40,007 nucleotides of DNA. Origin: Saprolegnia diclina VS20 (Eukaryota). A model generated the notes under the pieces. The model did no database searches. It was not told the origin of the DNA and saw only the letters and a list, made by a program, of their open reading frames with translations. The DNA lies in contig NW_008246171.1 of assembly GCF_000281045.1 (NCBI RefSeq), positions 86,342-126,348 of the forward strand. Reading direction: 5' to 3'. The stretch's first letter is position 1, and the number at the start of each line of letters is the position of its first letter. Both the position numbers and the translations under genes were made by a program. Of this stretch, positions 11,641 through 22,767 are shown piece by piece.

Positions 11641-13305
11641 ATGCTGCGCAGCCTCCTCGCGTTGGCCTTGACCGTCGGCGCCGTCGCCGGCATGGGCCTC
11701 ACCGCCATGGACGCCGGCAAGGAGAACGACAAGCCGCTCTTCAACGAGTCGCACCCGAACATCACGTTCCTCACCGACGACAACTTTGACACGCTCGTCA
11801 AGAACGGCGGCAACGGCAAGCCGTGGCTCATGGACTTCTACCATCCCTAGTGCGTTCGCCCAGCTTTCGCCCAACGCGCCTAACACCTACGTGTAGCTGC
11901 CCGCACTGCCGTCAGTTTGTGCCCATCTTTGAAGAGATCGCTGCGTACTACAAGCCCCTCGGCATCGTCAACGTCGGCGCGTTGAGCTGCATGGACTACT
12001 ACCAGTGCTCGATCTACAACGTCAAGGGCTTCCCGACGCTGCTGCTCTGGAACTTTGACAAAAAGTGGCTCGGCGAGAACAAGCGCGCGGTCGGCGAACA
12101 CACGATGGACGAAGTGCTTGGCCTCGTACGTCCTTCGACGCAGATGGCGACCCACAACGGCGGTTGATGTGTAGGTCGCCGACCAGTTCCGCATCCAGCT
12201 CTACAACGAGACGGGCACGTGGCCGCCCGAGGGCAAGACAAACCCGCCGACGACGCCGCCGCCCACGACGCTCAAGCCGCTCTGGGAAGAGTCGACGCTG
12301 CCGGCCAACGTGACCACGCGCGTGCACGACGCTGGCACCGCGTTTGTTTTTGGCCTCAAGGGCGGCGTCTTTGTCGGCCGTCAAATGCTCGACGACGACG
12401 CCCTCGACGCGCTGAAAGAGTGGATCCGCGTCGTCTCGCTCACGTTTCCCGGGTCGACGTACCGGCTCATCATCCGGTCGCTGTACGAGTCGCTTCTGCC
12501 CGTGTCGCTTCTCACGGACGTCAAGTGGAAGGCGATGGTCGGGGCGTGGCAGGCCACGTCCATGGTCACCTTCCACGCACATCCGATGGTCAACGAGCAC
12601 GGCGTGACCGAAGAGTGGATGAACCTCCCGTCGCTCTTCGAAGGCTCGGGCACCAAGTACGCGGCCTGTGAGCTCTACACGTGCGGTCAGTGGACGCTCT
12701 TCCACATGATGACGATGCTCAACGGCCACGACGTGACCGGCGCCCACATCCCCGAGCTCGCGGTCGCCGTTGTCGGCGCCGCGCGGCGCTTTGTGCGACA
12801 CTTCTTCACGTGCGTACCGTGCCGCGACCACTTCCTCGCAGCCAACACACTCGACACGATGCACCTGCTCGACATGGAAGCCCCGAGCAACAAGGCCCGC
12901 GCGCTGTACCTCTGGCTCTGGAAGGTGCACAACGGCGTCAACCGCCGCATCCGGCACTACCAGTGGCCCAAGCCGAATGTGTGCGACATGTGCTCGACCA
13001 ACACGTCGAGTGACGACGCGTGGGTCCTGCCCAAGGTTGAGAATTGGCTCAAGGCCAGCTACGGGTTTGAAAAGTATCTTGCCGAGCCCAAGACGCAAAA
13101 GCGAACGGTGGACGATGGCGACTTCAGCCACGAACCCGCGGGCAACGTCGCAGCAACGACGGCGCCGATGCTCAAGGTCGTGCGCGCCCAGAACCTTCAC
13201 GCTGGAGCGGACAGCGACGGCCCGAGCTTCTCGCTCTTGTGGTGGTACCTCTTCCCGATTGCGATCTTTGGGCTCTACGTCTTGACGCAGCGCCGTCGTC
13301 GGTAG
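11641..13305 (+). CDS. QSOX: Quiescin sulfhydryl oxidase (thioredoxin + Erv/ALR domains), signal peptide and C-terminal TM anchor; introns 11850-11896 and 12126-12174
   Basis: Signal peptide MLRSLLALALTVGAVAG; spliced Trx motif DFYHPY-CPHC; Erv motifs YTCGQWTLFH, FFTCVPCRDHF, LWLWKVHNGVNRR, QWP...CDMC; TM LLWWYLFPIAIFGLYVL then RRRR. Both GT-AG introns restore the frame, and intron 1 has a CTAAC branch site. Confidence 0.92.
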
Positions 13306-13368
13306 AGTTCACGCTTTTTCTAACCTAGCCCTCCGTGAATAGTGTTTCGGATGCATTTTCTTTTGGTG

Positions 13369-15026
13369 TTAAGATTCCTCGTCGTATTCGAGGAGGGTGT
13401 CGGTTGTGGCGCCGTAGTCGGTTGCTTGGACTGTCGCCAGAAGTGGTAAAGTCCCTTTAAAGGGGCGCGTGCGAGCGACGGCCTTGGCGGCCTCGGCGAC
13501 CCAGTCTGAGAAGGCGGCGAAGTACACGCCCAGGAGGGTCGTGACACCGGACCCAAACGCCATGCCCATATAGACGCCGAGGAGACCTCTGCTGTCAAAC
13601 TGGCTCAGCGCATACGCCGTCGGGACGCCCACAAACCATGCACCGCACACAATCGCTCCTGGCCACGTGGTGACGCCACGTCATTTTTCGAACAAAGTAC
13701 GTACGCGGGATGGGCACGGTGCGAGCTTGCGCATTTAGTGTTGCCTACGCCGTCATCTTTGCCATCAGAAGCGGCGCTTGAGACGGCGGAGGTGACCATG
13801 GCGTAGAAGAAAGGCGAGAGGGCGACGTAGCCGACGGCCGCCAGCACCGTCGCGCTGCTGATAAGGTCGACAACGCGCGGATCCGATGTCAAGCCGATCC
13901 AGTGACGGCAGAGCACCCACGGCAGCGCGAGGCAAGCGGACGTAAACAGCATCGCGCCGAGGACGAGTCGGCTGACGAACGCAGCAGCCTCGGCGTGGCC
14001 GGCCCCCAAGTACATACCCATGCGGCTCACGGCGGCGTCGTGAAGCCCGCAGATGGGCGAAGTCACAAGATATACGATCTGCATCACTGTGGTGTGCGCC
14101 GCCAACGACACCTATACCAACATGAGCTTGCTAGAAGAGACTCTTGGCGGATATACGTCGCTGAGAAGGGCGGCAAAGATGGTCATGATCTGGAGTTGAA
14201 GATTTTCAACGAAGTCGCCGAGCATGAGCGGCGCGCCGACAGAGAGAAGCGCGGTCAGCTGCGCCAACGAGAGAGACCGCGGCGACCACTGCCAAAGCGA
14301 CTGAAGCGGTGTGACGCGGTGCATGTAGTAGCCATACCCGAATAGCCGACACCACAGCGTGAGGCTCGTCGCGAGCGGGCCACCAAGAACCCCGAGGCCG
14401 CGTACACCCAAACAAGACAGGCCAAACACCAAGGGGATGCTCAACAGCGCATTGAAAACCACTGCGCAAAGCGACGCGACGGCCGCGGACGCCGCGAGCT
14501 GCTGGGCCTGAAACGAAGCCGCCACGACATCAAAGAGGAGGCGCGGCCAAAGCCCCAGTACCGAGACGCGCGCGTACTGCGTAGCAAGTGCAACGCTCAC
14601 CGGCGCGAGCCCGACGACGTGGAGACTGCCGCAGCTGTAGTACCAGAGCAGACTCAGCGGTACGCAGACAAGAGTGAGCAACAACGCGGTGAGCTGCGTG
14701 TAGTGTCCAATCAGCGCATGGTTGTGGGCACCGTACGCTTGCGATGCGAGGGCCAGAAGGCCTTTCGTGAAGCCACGTGTGAACACGGTGAGCGTAAAAT
14801 CGAGCACGAGCTGGGCGTAGGCGACCGCCGTGTACTCGGCCGTTCCGACGCGCTTTGCTATGACGAGCGCCGTGACCGAGAGAGCAAAGGTGCTGAGGAT
14901 CGAGGCCGCAATGTGGCTTCCAAGCCGCACGAGCACGTCCAGCTCGGCACTCGCGCGCGGTGAGAGGTGCCACGACGCTGGTAGCAGCCGCGAGGCTTGA
15001 TCCATCCACTGATTCAGACTCCTCAT
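13369..15026 (-). CDS. MATE (multidrug and toxic compound extrusion) family transporter; predicted introns 14112-14156, 13745-13796, 13659-13704
   Basis: Hydrophobic multi-TM protein with LASQAYGA, GLGVLGGPLATS, SRMGMYLGAG..AA and GLLGVYMGM, typical of eukaryotic MATEs. Three 45-52 nt GT-AG introns join the track ORFs in frame (..FFYAM/ATLNAQARTVPIPR/AIVCGAWFVGVP). An alternative start at 15005 is possible. Confidence 0.85.
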
Positions 15027-15265
15027 GGATTTTCTTAAATGGACTTTCTTGGCCAAAATAGAAGTTGAACGACAGCCTCGTCGGACGGGTTGGGGACATA
15101 ACGTGCTATATATTAATTTAACGTTAACGTTCAAATGGCTACAAGGGACCTCGTAAGTGCTGCCACTGATGAGCATATCGTAGGAGAGGAAATGTGTAGC
15201 ATACCAGTATGGAACCAAAAACGCGTTGAATGTAAATACGGAGTGTCATTATGAACCGACGCTGT

Positions 15266-15580
15266 TTAGCGCGAAATGTGCTGGTTCTCGGGGCGTTCAA
15301 ACATCGGGTCGAACATCTCGCTCTGGTTGATCGGGTTGCGCTTTCCGTTGGCAAACGTGAAGCGGTGCGCCCGCCAGTCGGCGCCGTCTTGCGCTTCGAA
15401 GCGGAAGATGTCTTCGCGCTTGGCCTTGTTGAACTGCACGTCCGGGTGGCGCGACGCGTAGCGGGCCATGGTGTACGAGCCGCCTGAGATGGCGCAGACG
15501 ATGATGCCCATGATGGGGTAGCACGCAGGGTCCGAGAGCCACGTGCGGGCGAACGAGTACGAGCGCTGGGCAGCGACCAT
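15266..15580 (-). CDS. NDUFA4/B12D (MLRQ-like) small mitochondrial membrane protein, copy 1 (104 aa)
   Basis: WLSDPACYPIMGIIVCAISGGSYTMARYASRHPDVQFNKAKR matches the B12D/NDUFA4 pattern (P..YP-TM-R....PDV..NK..R). Confidence 0.82.
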   Translation of the reverse strand: MVAAQRSYSFARTWLSDPACYPIMGIIVCAISGGSYTMARYASRHPDVQFNKAKREDIFRFEAQDGADWRAHRFTFANGKRNPINQSEMFDPMFERPENQHISR

Positions 15581-16358
15581 GGTGGTGGTGGTGGAGAACG
15601 AGTCGATTGAAGAATGATGAGGCGACTGACGCAGCCATGAGCTGGCAGCCTCCAGCGCGTACAAAGATATGCCAGCCGAGCGACTCAGTTGACTGGCATG
15701 TCTGTGCACGACCTGCAGCTTCTTTGCACTTCAACTTGCGTCGCGGGCGCTGATTGGCTACTTCAAGTGCAAAAAGCGCAGGTAATGTGAGAGTGTGAGA
15801 AGAGAGAGCATGAGAGTAGAGCATCGTACGCCCCCACCAAACTGATGCAAGCAAGCCTTCCATGGATCGAGCAGACTTACCATAGAGCGCGCAGGCCCCA
15901 CCCTACATTCGTATGGTACGAGAAGTAACCTTGTGCCGCTAGAAATACAATTTTGTGGCACTCAGAACTGATAGTCGGACACAGGAGCAACGTATGGACT
16001 TTCAACAACCCTTGCGCCCCTTGTCCGACACTGTGTTGAGTTGAGGTAAGTTCGTGTCCCGCCAGCCAACAGGAAACCAGCATAAGATTATTCTACTAGG
16101 AGCAACGGGTATATAGTCAGTCTACCACAACGGCAGAGTGTTCGAGAGAGTGCTGAGAGTGGCTCTCTCTGGTCCTGCGATGTGCTGGCTGCACCTGGAT
16201 CAAGATCGCGAGACCAGAGGTTCAATGGTGTGAAAGATTTGACAGCGCTCGCTAGACATGCAGCACGCCCACGTCTTTGCGCTTGACGTCTTCGGCTTCA
16301 TCAGACGCGTCAGTCGCCTCATCATTCTTCAATCGACTCGTTCTCCACCACCACCACC

Positions 16359-16673
16359 ATGGTCGCTGCCCAGCGCTCGTACTCGTTCGCACGCACGTGG
16401 CTCTCGGACCCTGCGTGCTACCCCATCATGGGCATCATCGTCTGCGCCATCTCAGGCGGCTCGTACACCATGGCCCGCTATGCGTCGCGCCACCCGGACG
16501 TGCAGTTCAACAAGGCCAAGCGCGAAGACATCTTCCGCTTCGAAGCGCAAGACGGCGCCGACTGGCGGGCGCACCGCTTCACGTTTGCCAACGGAAAGCG
16601 CAACCCGATCAACCAAAGCGAGATGTTCGACCCGATGTTTGAACGCCCCGAGAACCAGCACATTTCGCGATAA
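16359..16673 (+). CDS. NDUFA4/B12D (MLRQ-like) small mitochondrial membrane protein, copy 2 (104 aa, identical protein)
   Basis: Same translation as 15266-15580, on the opposite strand. Confidence 0.82.
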   Translation: MVAAQRSYSFARTWLSDPACYPIMGIIVCAISGGSYTMARYASRHPDVQFNKAKREDIFRFEAQDGADWRAHRFTFANGKRNPINQSEMFDPMFERPENQHISR

Positions 16674-17567
16674 GTTAACAAATAAGTTGTTCCATGTGTA
16701 CACAGAACTTGGAGACTTTGGCTACATGGACATTAGGCGGAGGTCGTATGCAACTGACGCTTGGTTTTGCGGCCGCTCGTGCCCATGCAATCGAAGACCG
16801 CCCGTGCATAGTCGCTGCAGACTGTAATTTTTATTGATGAAGGATGGAACGGGGACTTCACGCAATGTTTTGTGCAGCGATGTCTCTGCCAACGTCCGCC
16901 AACCGAAGAGCTTCGAGTTTGAGGTCGCACCCAACGCCTGCTACTACTCGTCGGACACCTCATATTTCTTAGTTCTAGGAAACGACGTTCGAAAGGGGCC
17001 CATGGAGCGTGGTCGTCGTCGTGGACCCGACCGGGGCCAGAGGGTCGGCAGATGAGCCGCCGCTTGCGCAGTCCTAGCGTTAGTAAAAACGGAAGTATCT
17101 TTGAAGACAAAGCCTTTGTGCAAGCGACTCGACTCCGTTGCGTCCTGACCGACTCGCAACCGACACAGCGAAGAGGCTCGCAATCGCCAACGTGCCTACG
17201 TGGGCGGCTGCGAATCGTGTTGTGAATATCACGGAAAATTGGTGCGATCCAGCCACGCACGTGGTGCGTAGTTCTATTAACAATATTGTCTTCACGGCGT
17301 AACGCTGACTTGCCCAAAAATCCCCACTTGGTTTTTCCTCACACGATTCCGCATATGTTGCGCTGCGTGGCAAACATGCTGTGTACATCAGCGCCGTATG
17401 ACGTAGCCACTGAATTTCGAAATGGATGACGACCGCACGTGCCTTTGTCGTCGAAACCGTAGCTTCGCAAGCCAGTGCACACCTAGCCCTACTATGAAAT
17501 TCGACAATCGCACCAACGAGGCTGCGTGGAGTAATCGCTCTGTGGTACTATGTTGCTTTCTAAATTT

Positions 17568-19049
17568 CTAGTTGCTAGTCGCAATAACAGTGTCTCGTAC
17601 GAGCAGATCCAGCGCGTCCACTTGGTCGTCGTCGACAGAGGTGAGGTAGAGCACCAGCGACGCTGCCAACGCTTGGTACTTGGCCGACCCAGCGCGGCTG
17701 AGAAATATGAGGGTTGCGAGTCGCGCCCGTGCCTGGCTCCGACCGGCGCTGTTGGGTGCAAGCACCTCTCTCCGCAAGCTCGGGGCGGCGTACAGTACGC
17801 TGGCAAGGTCGTTCAGGCCGAGGAAACCGCTGTGCAGGGATACAGAGAGCCCTACGAGGCGATGGCGAGCATCTCTAGGCTCGCGATACGCCAAGCGCTT
17901 TGCTTGTATCATCGCCGCCGGGCTCGGCCAGTACGTGGCTACGTCGTTAACATCCATCGTGGCGAGCTGGGGTGTTGTGGAGAGGAGGCAGGGGGTTGCC
18001 CACGTCACATGGCTGCTCATGGCAGCAAGGAGCCCGAGGACGTCATCGATGGCACTCGCACGCTGGAGCACATGATGACAGACCTGCGTCGCGGGGTCGA
18101 TGAGAAGCACAACGTCGTCTGCCGGGCAGTGCAGAGCCCAGTGCGTGCGGTGCTCGATGTTGACCGACACGACACGGTCGACGTCGGTCTCGTCGGCAGC
18201 CGAGAGCGCAAGCCGCGGTTGACGCAGCCAGTCGACGTGCGCACGCAGAGCCGTGGCCGAATCTTCCCAGTCGAGTCCTTCGAGAAAGCCATAAAGATCG
18301 ACAAGATGCACGAACCGGCGCATCCATGTGTCGCCTTCGAGCACTGTGAGCACGATGGCGTCGTCGCTGGTCCACGCCACGCACTCGACGTCGTCGTTGG
18401 CTGTCAAGAGCCGCGGCCGCCCGAGCCCTTCAACCCAAAGACCTTCGGGGGTCTGTGCCAACGAAAGAGCTCCTCGCGTAGCAATGGTATCGCGCATCGT
18501 TGGCGGCAGAACGCGGGCGTGCAGCGGCGGTGGCTCTCGTCTCGTCAAAGTTGTCCACGCAGCCACATCGACGACGATATCGTCTTCCACCTCGGAGACG
18601 AGATACAGAAGGCCGTTGGCTAAATAGCTCGTCTCGGGCTCGATGGGCAGTGCCATGATTTTGTCCAAGGCGACGCCGGCGCGCAGGTCGACGCGCAGGC
18701 GGTAAAGCCTCGAGGGATACCACGTCCAGAGGTACGCGACTGTGGCGTCGGATGGATCGAGAAGGACTTCGTACGGCGGCGTCTTCTGGTGCAAGCGGCG
18801 CGGCGCGTCGACTGGGTAGGCATACGTGTGCACGAGGCTGCCATTCGGAAGCACATGCCACTCGAGCGCGGGCTCCGAGGCGTCGAGAGCGGCGAGTGCA
18901 AGCTCAAAGCGCGCAGCGCCGTCGCCATCACAGGCGTCGTGGGCCAAATGCACGAGCGCGTAGGCTAGGCCATGGCCGCAAAGGAAGACGGGGGTGTCGA
19001 CGAGGTTGACGTCGGGCGCATGGCGTACTATCCACCCTTCCAGCGCCAT
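17568..19049 (-). CDS. Hypothetical protein (493 aa)
   Basis: Long ATG-initiated ORF with coding-like GC3 bias and AT-rich flanks. No family recognised. Confidence 0.72.
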   Translation of the reverse strand: MALEGWIVRHAPDVNLVDTPVFLCGHGLAYALVHLAHDACDGDGAARFELALAALDASEPALEWHVLPNGSLVHTYAYPVDAPRRLHQKTPPYEVLLDPSDATVAYLWTWYPSRLYRLRVDLRAGVALDKIMALPIEPETSYLANGLLYLVSEVEDDIVVDVAAWTTLTRREPPPLHARVLPPTMRDTIATRGALSLAQTPEGLWVEGLGRPRLLTANDDVECVAWTSDDAIVLTVLEGDTWMRRFVHLVDLYGFLEGLDWEDSATALRAHVDWLRQPRLALSAADETDVDRVVSVNIEHRTHWALHCPADDVVLLIDPATQVCHHVLQRASAIDDVLGLLAAMSSHVTWATPCLLSTTPQLATMDVNDVATYWPSPAAMIQAKRLAYREPRDARHRLVGLSVSLHSGFLGLNDLASVLYAAPSLRREVLAPNSAGRSQARARLATLIFLSRAGSAKYQALAASLVLYLTSVDDDQVDALDLLVRDTVIATSN

Positions 19050-19318
19050 GGCAATGGCAATATCCTGGTCCAGTGCCGAATATTGCCTTATCTAGTACAC
19101 AAACGGTTACAACGGAATTAGTCGCAATCCTGAAATCGATCTACATTTCGGCTTAGTTGCCTAATTAGGCGTAAAAAGGACCTTTTCCTGCACTTTCGAA
19201 CCTTGAAATTTGAAGACAAGGATAGAAATTCACCTATTCAGTAGTGGTCATGATGTCAACTCGGAAGACGGGAAGTTGACACAGCACAATGGAGGTGCTT
19301 TATAGCATAACATTAGTA

Positions 19319-20239
19319 CTATCGGTGGAGGCAGCGAACGCCGACATAGATCGCAATAAGCGCGAGGAGGGGAAGCACGATGGCGTTGATTTGAAGCGGG
19401 CTAAAGGCCATGATGACGCCGAGCGCCGAGACGCTCAAGACAAGGAGCAACACGAGCAGTAGCTGATGCCGCCAGAGACTCTCGCCCGGCCGTACCCAGT
19501 AGAAGCGCATCCAGAGCTTGGAGGGTTTCTGGGCTTCAAACTGCGATAAATAGTCGGCGACGTCAAAGTGGCCATTCTGCGCGGCAAAGTCGATCGCACC
19601 GGGGGTCCCGCCTTCGTTGCGGTGCGTCTTGAGAAACTTGACAACGTTTAAGTGCCCGTTCTGAGCTGCGAAATCAAGGGCTTGGACGCTGCAGCCTTCT
19701 TGCCGGTGCTCGTGGAGGAACTGGACGATATGCAAGTGCCCGAGCGCGGCCGCACCGTCCATCGCGCTCGTACTGCAGCCATTGTACCCGTTCTGATGCA
19801 GAAACGTGAGCACGTCGAGATGACCGCTGCACGCCGCAAGGTCCACGAGGTGCTGCACGTCGCAGCCGCTGCCGTACGTATGGTGCAGAAACATGAGCAC
19901 GGGCAGGCGGCCCGCGTGCACGGCGTCGATGAGGAGCGTGAAGAAGCCGCGGTAGCCGTAAGCGTCGATGTAGCGCAGGACGCGCGCGAGGCCGTAGCCG
20001 CGGTACCATGGCGTGAGGAACTCGGCGTCGATGCGGCGCAGCGTCGGCACAAAGTCGGTGCGCTCGTACGAGAGCCAAAAGTCACGGCAGGTGCTGGCCA
20101 TCGGACTCAGCCGCGCCTGGAAGTCGACGATGGCCAAGGGCCGCAGCGCAATGAAGTCGCGCCACGCGCCAGCTTGGTAGGCCGCAATGTGCAGCACGAG
20201 CTCGGGCGTGCTTAGGACGTGCGCGATGGCGGAGCTCAT
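19319..20239 (-). CDS. Ankyrin-repeat protein with two C-terminal TM helices
   Basis: Oomycete-type ankyrin repeats (VDLAACSGHLDVLTFLH, AMDGAAALGHLHIVQFLH..RQEGCS, ALDFAAQNGHLNVVKFL, AIDFAAQNGHFDVADYL); hydrophobic C-terminus. ATG at 20239 (MSSAIAHVL), with CCAAT motifs upstream at ~20301 and ~20333. Confidence 0.88.
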   Translation of the reverse strand: MSSAIAHVLSTPELVLHIAAYQAGAWRDFIALRPLAIVDFQARLSPMASTCRDFWLSYERTDFVPTLRRIDAEFLTPWYRGYGLARVLRYIDAYGYRGFFTLLIDAVHAGRLPVLMFLHHTYGSGCDVQHLVDLAACSGHLDVLTFLHQNGYNGCSTSAMDGAAALGHLHIVQFLHEHRQEGCSVQALDFAAQNGHLNVVKFLKTHRNEGGTPGAIDFAAQNGHFDVADYLSQFEAQKPSKLWMRFYWVRPGESLWRHQLLLVLLLVLSVSALGVIMAFSPLQINAIVLPLLALIAIYVGVRCLHR

Positions 20240-21875
20240 ACGAGAAGTCGTCCGCGCCAGTCCGGACGCACGCTGTCTCTTTGGCTCAAGCCGAATGGCG
20301 CCAATCAGAGCCAAGCAGCAAGCGGATATTGACCAATCCGAGAGCGGCAAGGCCGTGTCACTGTGGCGTTATACAGTGTACGCCGTCTGGCGAGTACTGT
20401 CAACAGGCTTGTCGCGAGTCGCAACGCGGCTTCCATCGCAGTGATAGTTGACTGTCCTGCTCCACAGCGAATGGCGTCGGTTCCGCCAACGAGCGAGACG
20501 ACGCGGAATCCTTCGGTGCCGACCTCGTTGCACCGGCGATGTTCTTTCGGCCCCGCAGCACCACGGTCGTCGTCGCTGCTTTTCTCATCGGTTGGTGGAT
20601 GTTGACGCAATATATGGACGGGGATGGCGGCGATGTGCAGCAAGGGTCACGAAACAAGCCCTTGGACATCCAACCACCCTCTTTGGGTATACGTACTACT
20701 ACTCCCAGGACGCAGGGATGTCGTTGTGCATGGCAGAGATGAGGTCGACCGCTCGATTGCGCGAAAATGGAGCGTCGATAGCTCGTGGCGACGAGCGTCG
20801 TTGCACGGGCCGTTGAGCTTGTGGCGTTGTAATATGGTTGGCATTCATTACACGGCGGTGTCGTGGCGCGGTGACGGTGTTGGAGTAGACCACCCGTTTC
20901 TTGAGATGTCCCGTCCTTGTCGAAACCATCGACCTGCATTTCTTGGTTGTGACGTGTTGCGACTGCCCTGCACTGCACCAGTATCCAACGATACGATCTT
21001 ATAGGACGCGTGGATTGCCGAACACATTATTGTCGGAGGTAGAGTCCCGTGTGGCCGTCCAGCCACCAACGACAACACACATTTAGGCTCTAAGCTCGCA
21101 TGCCCGTCGCGGTAGAACACGCACAAAGGCCCTCTGCATGCTAAATGACACCAGAAAGCTTCGCGCCACTTTGCAAGCAGACCACGCATGGTGTGGATCT
21201 GCTTGTGACAGCGAACGGCCATCCCGAGCAGCGTCGCTCCCTGTGATGCTGTCGACTGTCGTCGCTCTTTCAACGATGGTCCTTTCTACAACAGTCCTCA
21301 GTCTCAGCGATCGGAATGGGGTGGCCGACCACTGCTGATAAAGCAAGCCGCCTCAATCCGTGCAAGCGCCCGTCTGGTCCAACAGCTCGGTGTTGTTGCC
21401 TTGCGTCTCGTGGTACTACGACGGCAGCTGACTAGAAGGGCGCTCTGTCCTACGCGCCAAAACAAATAGGTGGGATCGTCTTTTGAGGCCGAAAAAAGCG
21501 CCACAACGTTTGCAATCGCAGCGAGAAGTCTGTGGCAACGTAATGTGTCATGAACTTTTCAACGGGCCGGCTCGATCGCGGACACTCAGCACTTACCTAG
21601 ACCGCACACCCACCCTCTTTGGGGTTGGAACCTGCTTGGATATCAGGTCCATCGTTGCGCAAAGGGGACGAAAATTTCTTGACACGCAAGTCACGGAAAG
21701 ATCCGTTTGCCAGCTGCCTCTGGTCCAAAACGCAGAGTCGCTTTTCTCATCCGATTGGAGCAGCAGCAGCGTGTGACAGCCAGCGTGACTGCGTCTTTGT
21801 AATATTATGGTTTTGCTCGGCGGACAAGGATGTCAACATATCCCACTGTCAACGACGCATACACTTCCGACTCGT

Positions 21876-22349
21876 TCACACGGCCGGGCTCGAGAGCAAG
21901 TGCTTGGCCAGCGACCACATCGCCGGGCGATCATCCTCTTTTTCATTTCGCGGGCAAGTCGTCGGGCTCGTAACAGCACACACGGCATCGCCAGCGCGCT
22001 GGTTCAGATGCAGTGCGATGCGCACCTGGCCACAAGCCACCGCGTGCTCGACGTACACATACCGGACGCGCGTGTGCTCCAAGAGGCTCAGTACGACGCC
22101 AAGATGACCGCGTTCGATCGCGAGGAACATGGCCGCGTCGATTGCTTGACGAGTCGCGTTGGGGACGCACAGCTTCAGCGCCAGTAGATCCTGGGCTTCG
22201 ACCGCGGAGCGTAGTGGCGGGAGAGAGACGTTCATCGATCGTAGTATCTCTGCGACAGCATAGCTTTTTGCTTTCTTCTCTTTTTCTATCGTTCGAATAT
22301 CGACCATGGCTCGTTTATTGATTTTCGCGGGAAAAGCGTATGATGGCAT
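21876..22349 (-). pseudogene. Ankyrin-like gene fragment, possibly decayed
   Basis: AIDAAMFLAIERGHLGVVLSLLEH and VEHAVACGQVRIALHL resemble two ankyrin repeats. The frame then stops early and flanking frames are interrupted. Boundaries are uncertain. Confidence 0.4.
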
Positions 22350-22767
22350 GTCCTCCACGTTGCGTCGGTGAGTAACGGGCGGAGTAGAAATGGGTGCCCA
22401 AAATCTTTCAATTGGGGACACATACAGTCGTGCCGCGAGTCTGTTTTCCGCGATCCCACACGTGGCGTCGCGAGCGGTCGACTTGCATTGCGTACTCTCG
22501 TCGCCGACCAGAGCACGGAAGCATCTCATCGGGCCCCTGTCGGACGCATGGAACATCTCCAAATCTTTGCACGCACGTCGCAAGACTCTCTGCCGTCGTG
22601 TCCACGGAGGTCAAAGGACCGTGGGGCGTCCGCGTTTCGTATCCGGAGAGAGTGGGACAACGGTTTCGCCAAATATTCGTACTGTACGTTTGTCAAATTT
22701 TACACGCCAGCTGGAATGGCGCCGACCGGCACGAAAGCACTGCGCCGCCGACGATCACTTTTCAATT

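Larger units (their letters stand above)
15266..16673. repeat. Long inverted repeat: arms 15266-15632 and 16307-16673 (~367 bp) with a ~674-bp unique spacer
   Basis: The arms are reverse complements covering the CDS plus ~52 bp upstream. I count four differences, all synonymous. Confidence 0.92.

Noticed and set aside
11848..11850. Stop-codon readthrough or recoding before the QSOX CxxC
   Set aside because: The TAG is explained by a canonical GT-AG intron with a CTAAC branch site.
15266..16673. Inverted repeat as transposon TIRs, a MITE or a foldback element
   Set aside because: The arms are exactly a host gene plus its 5' leader, with no transposase or target-site duplication visible.
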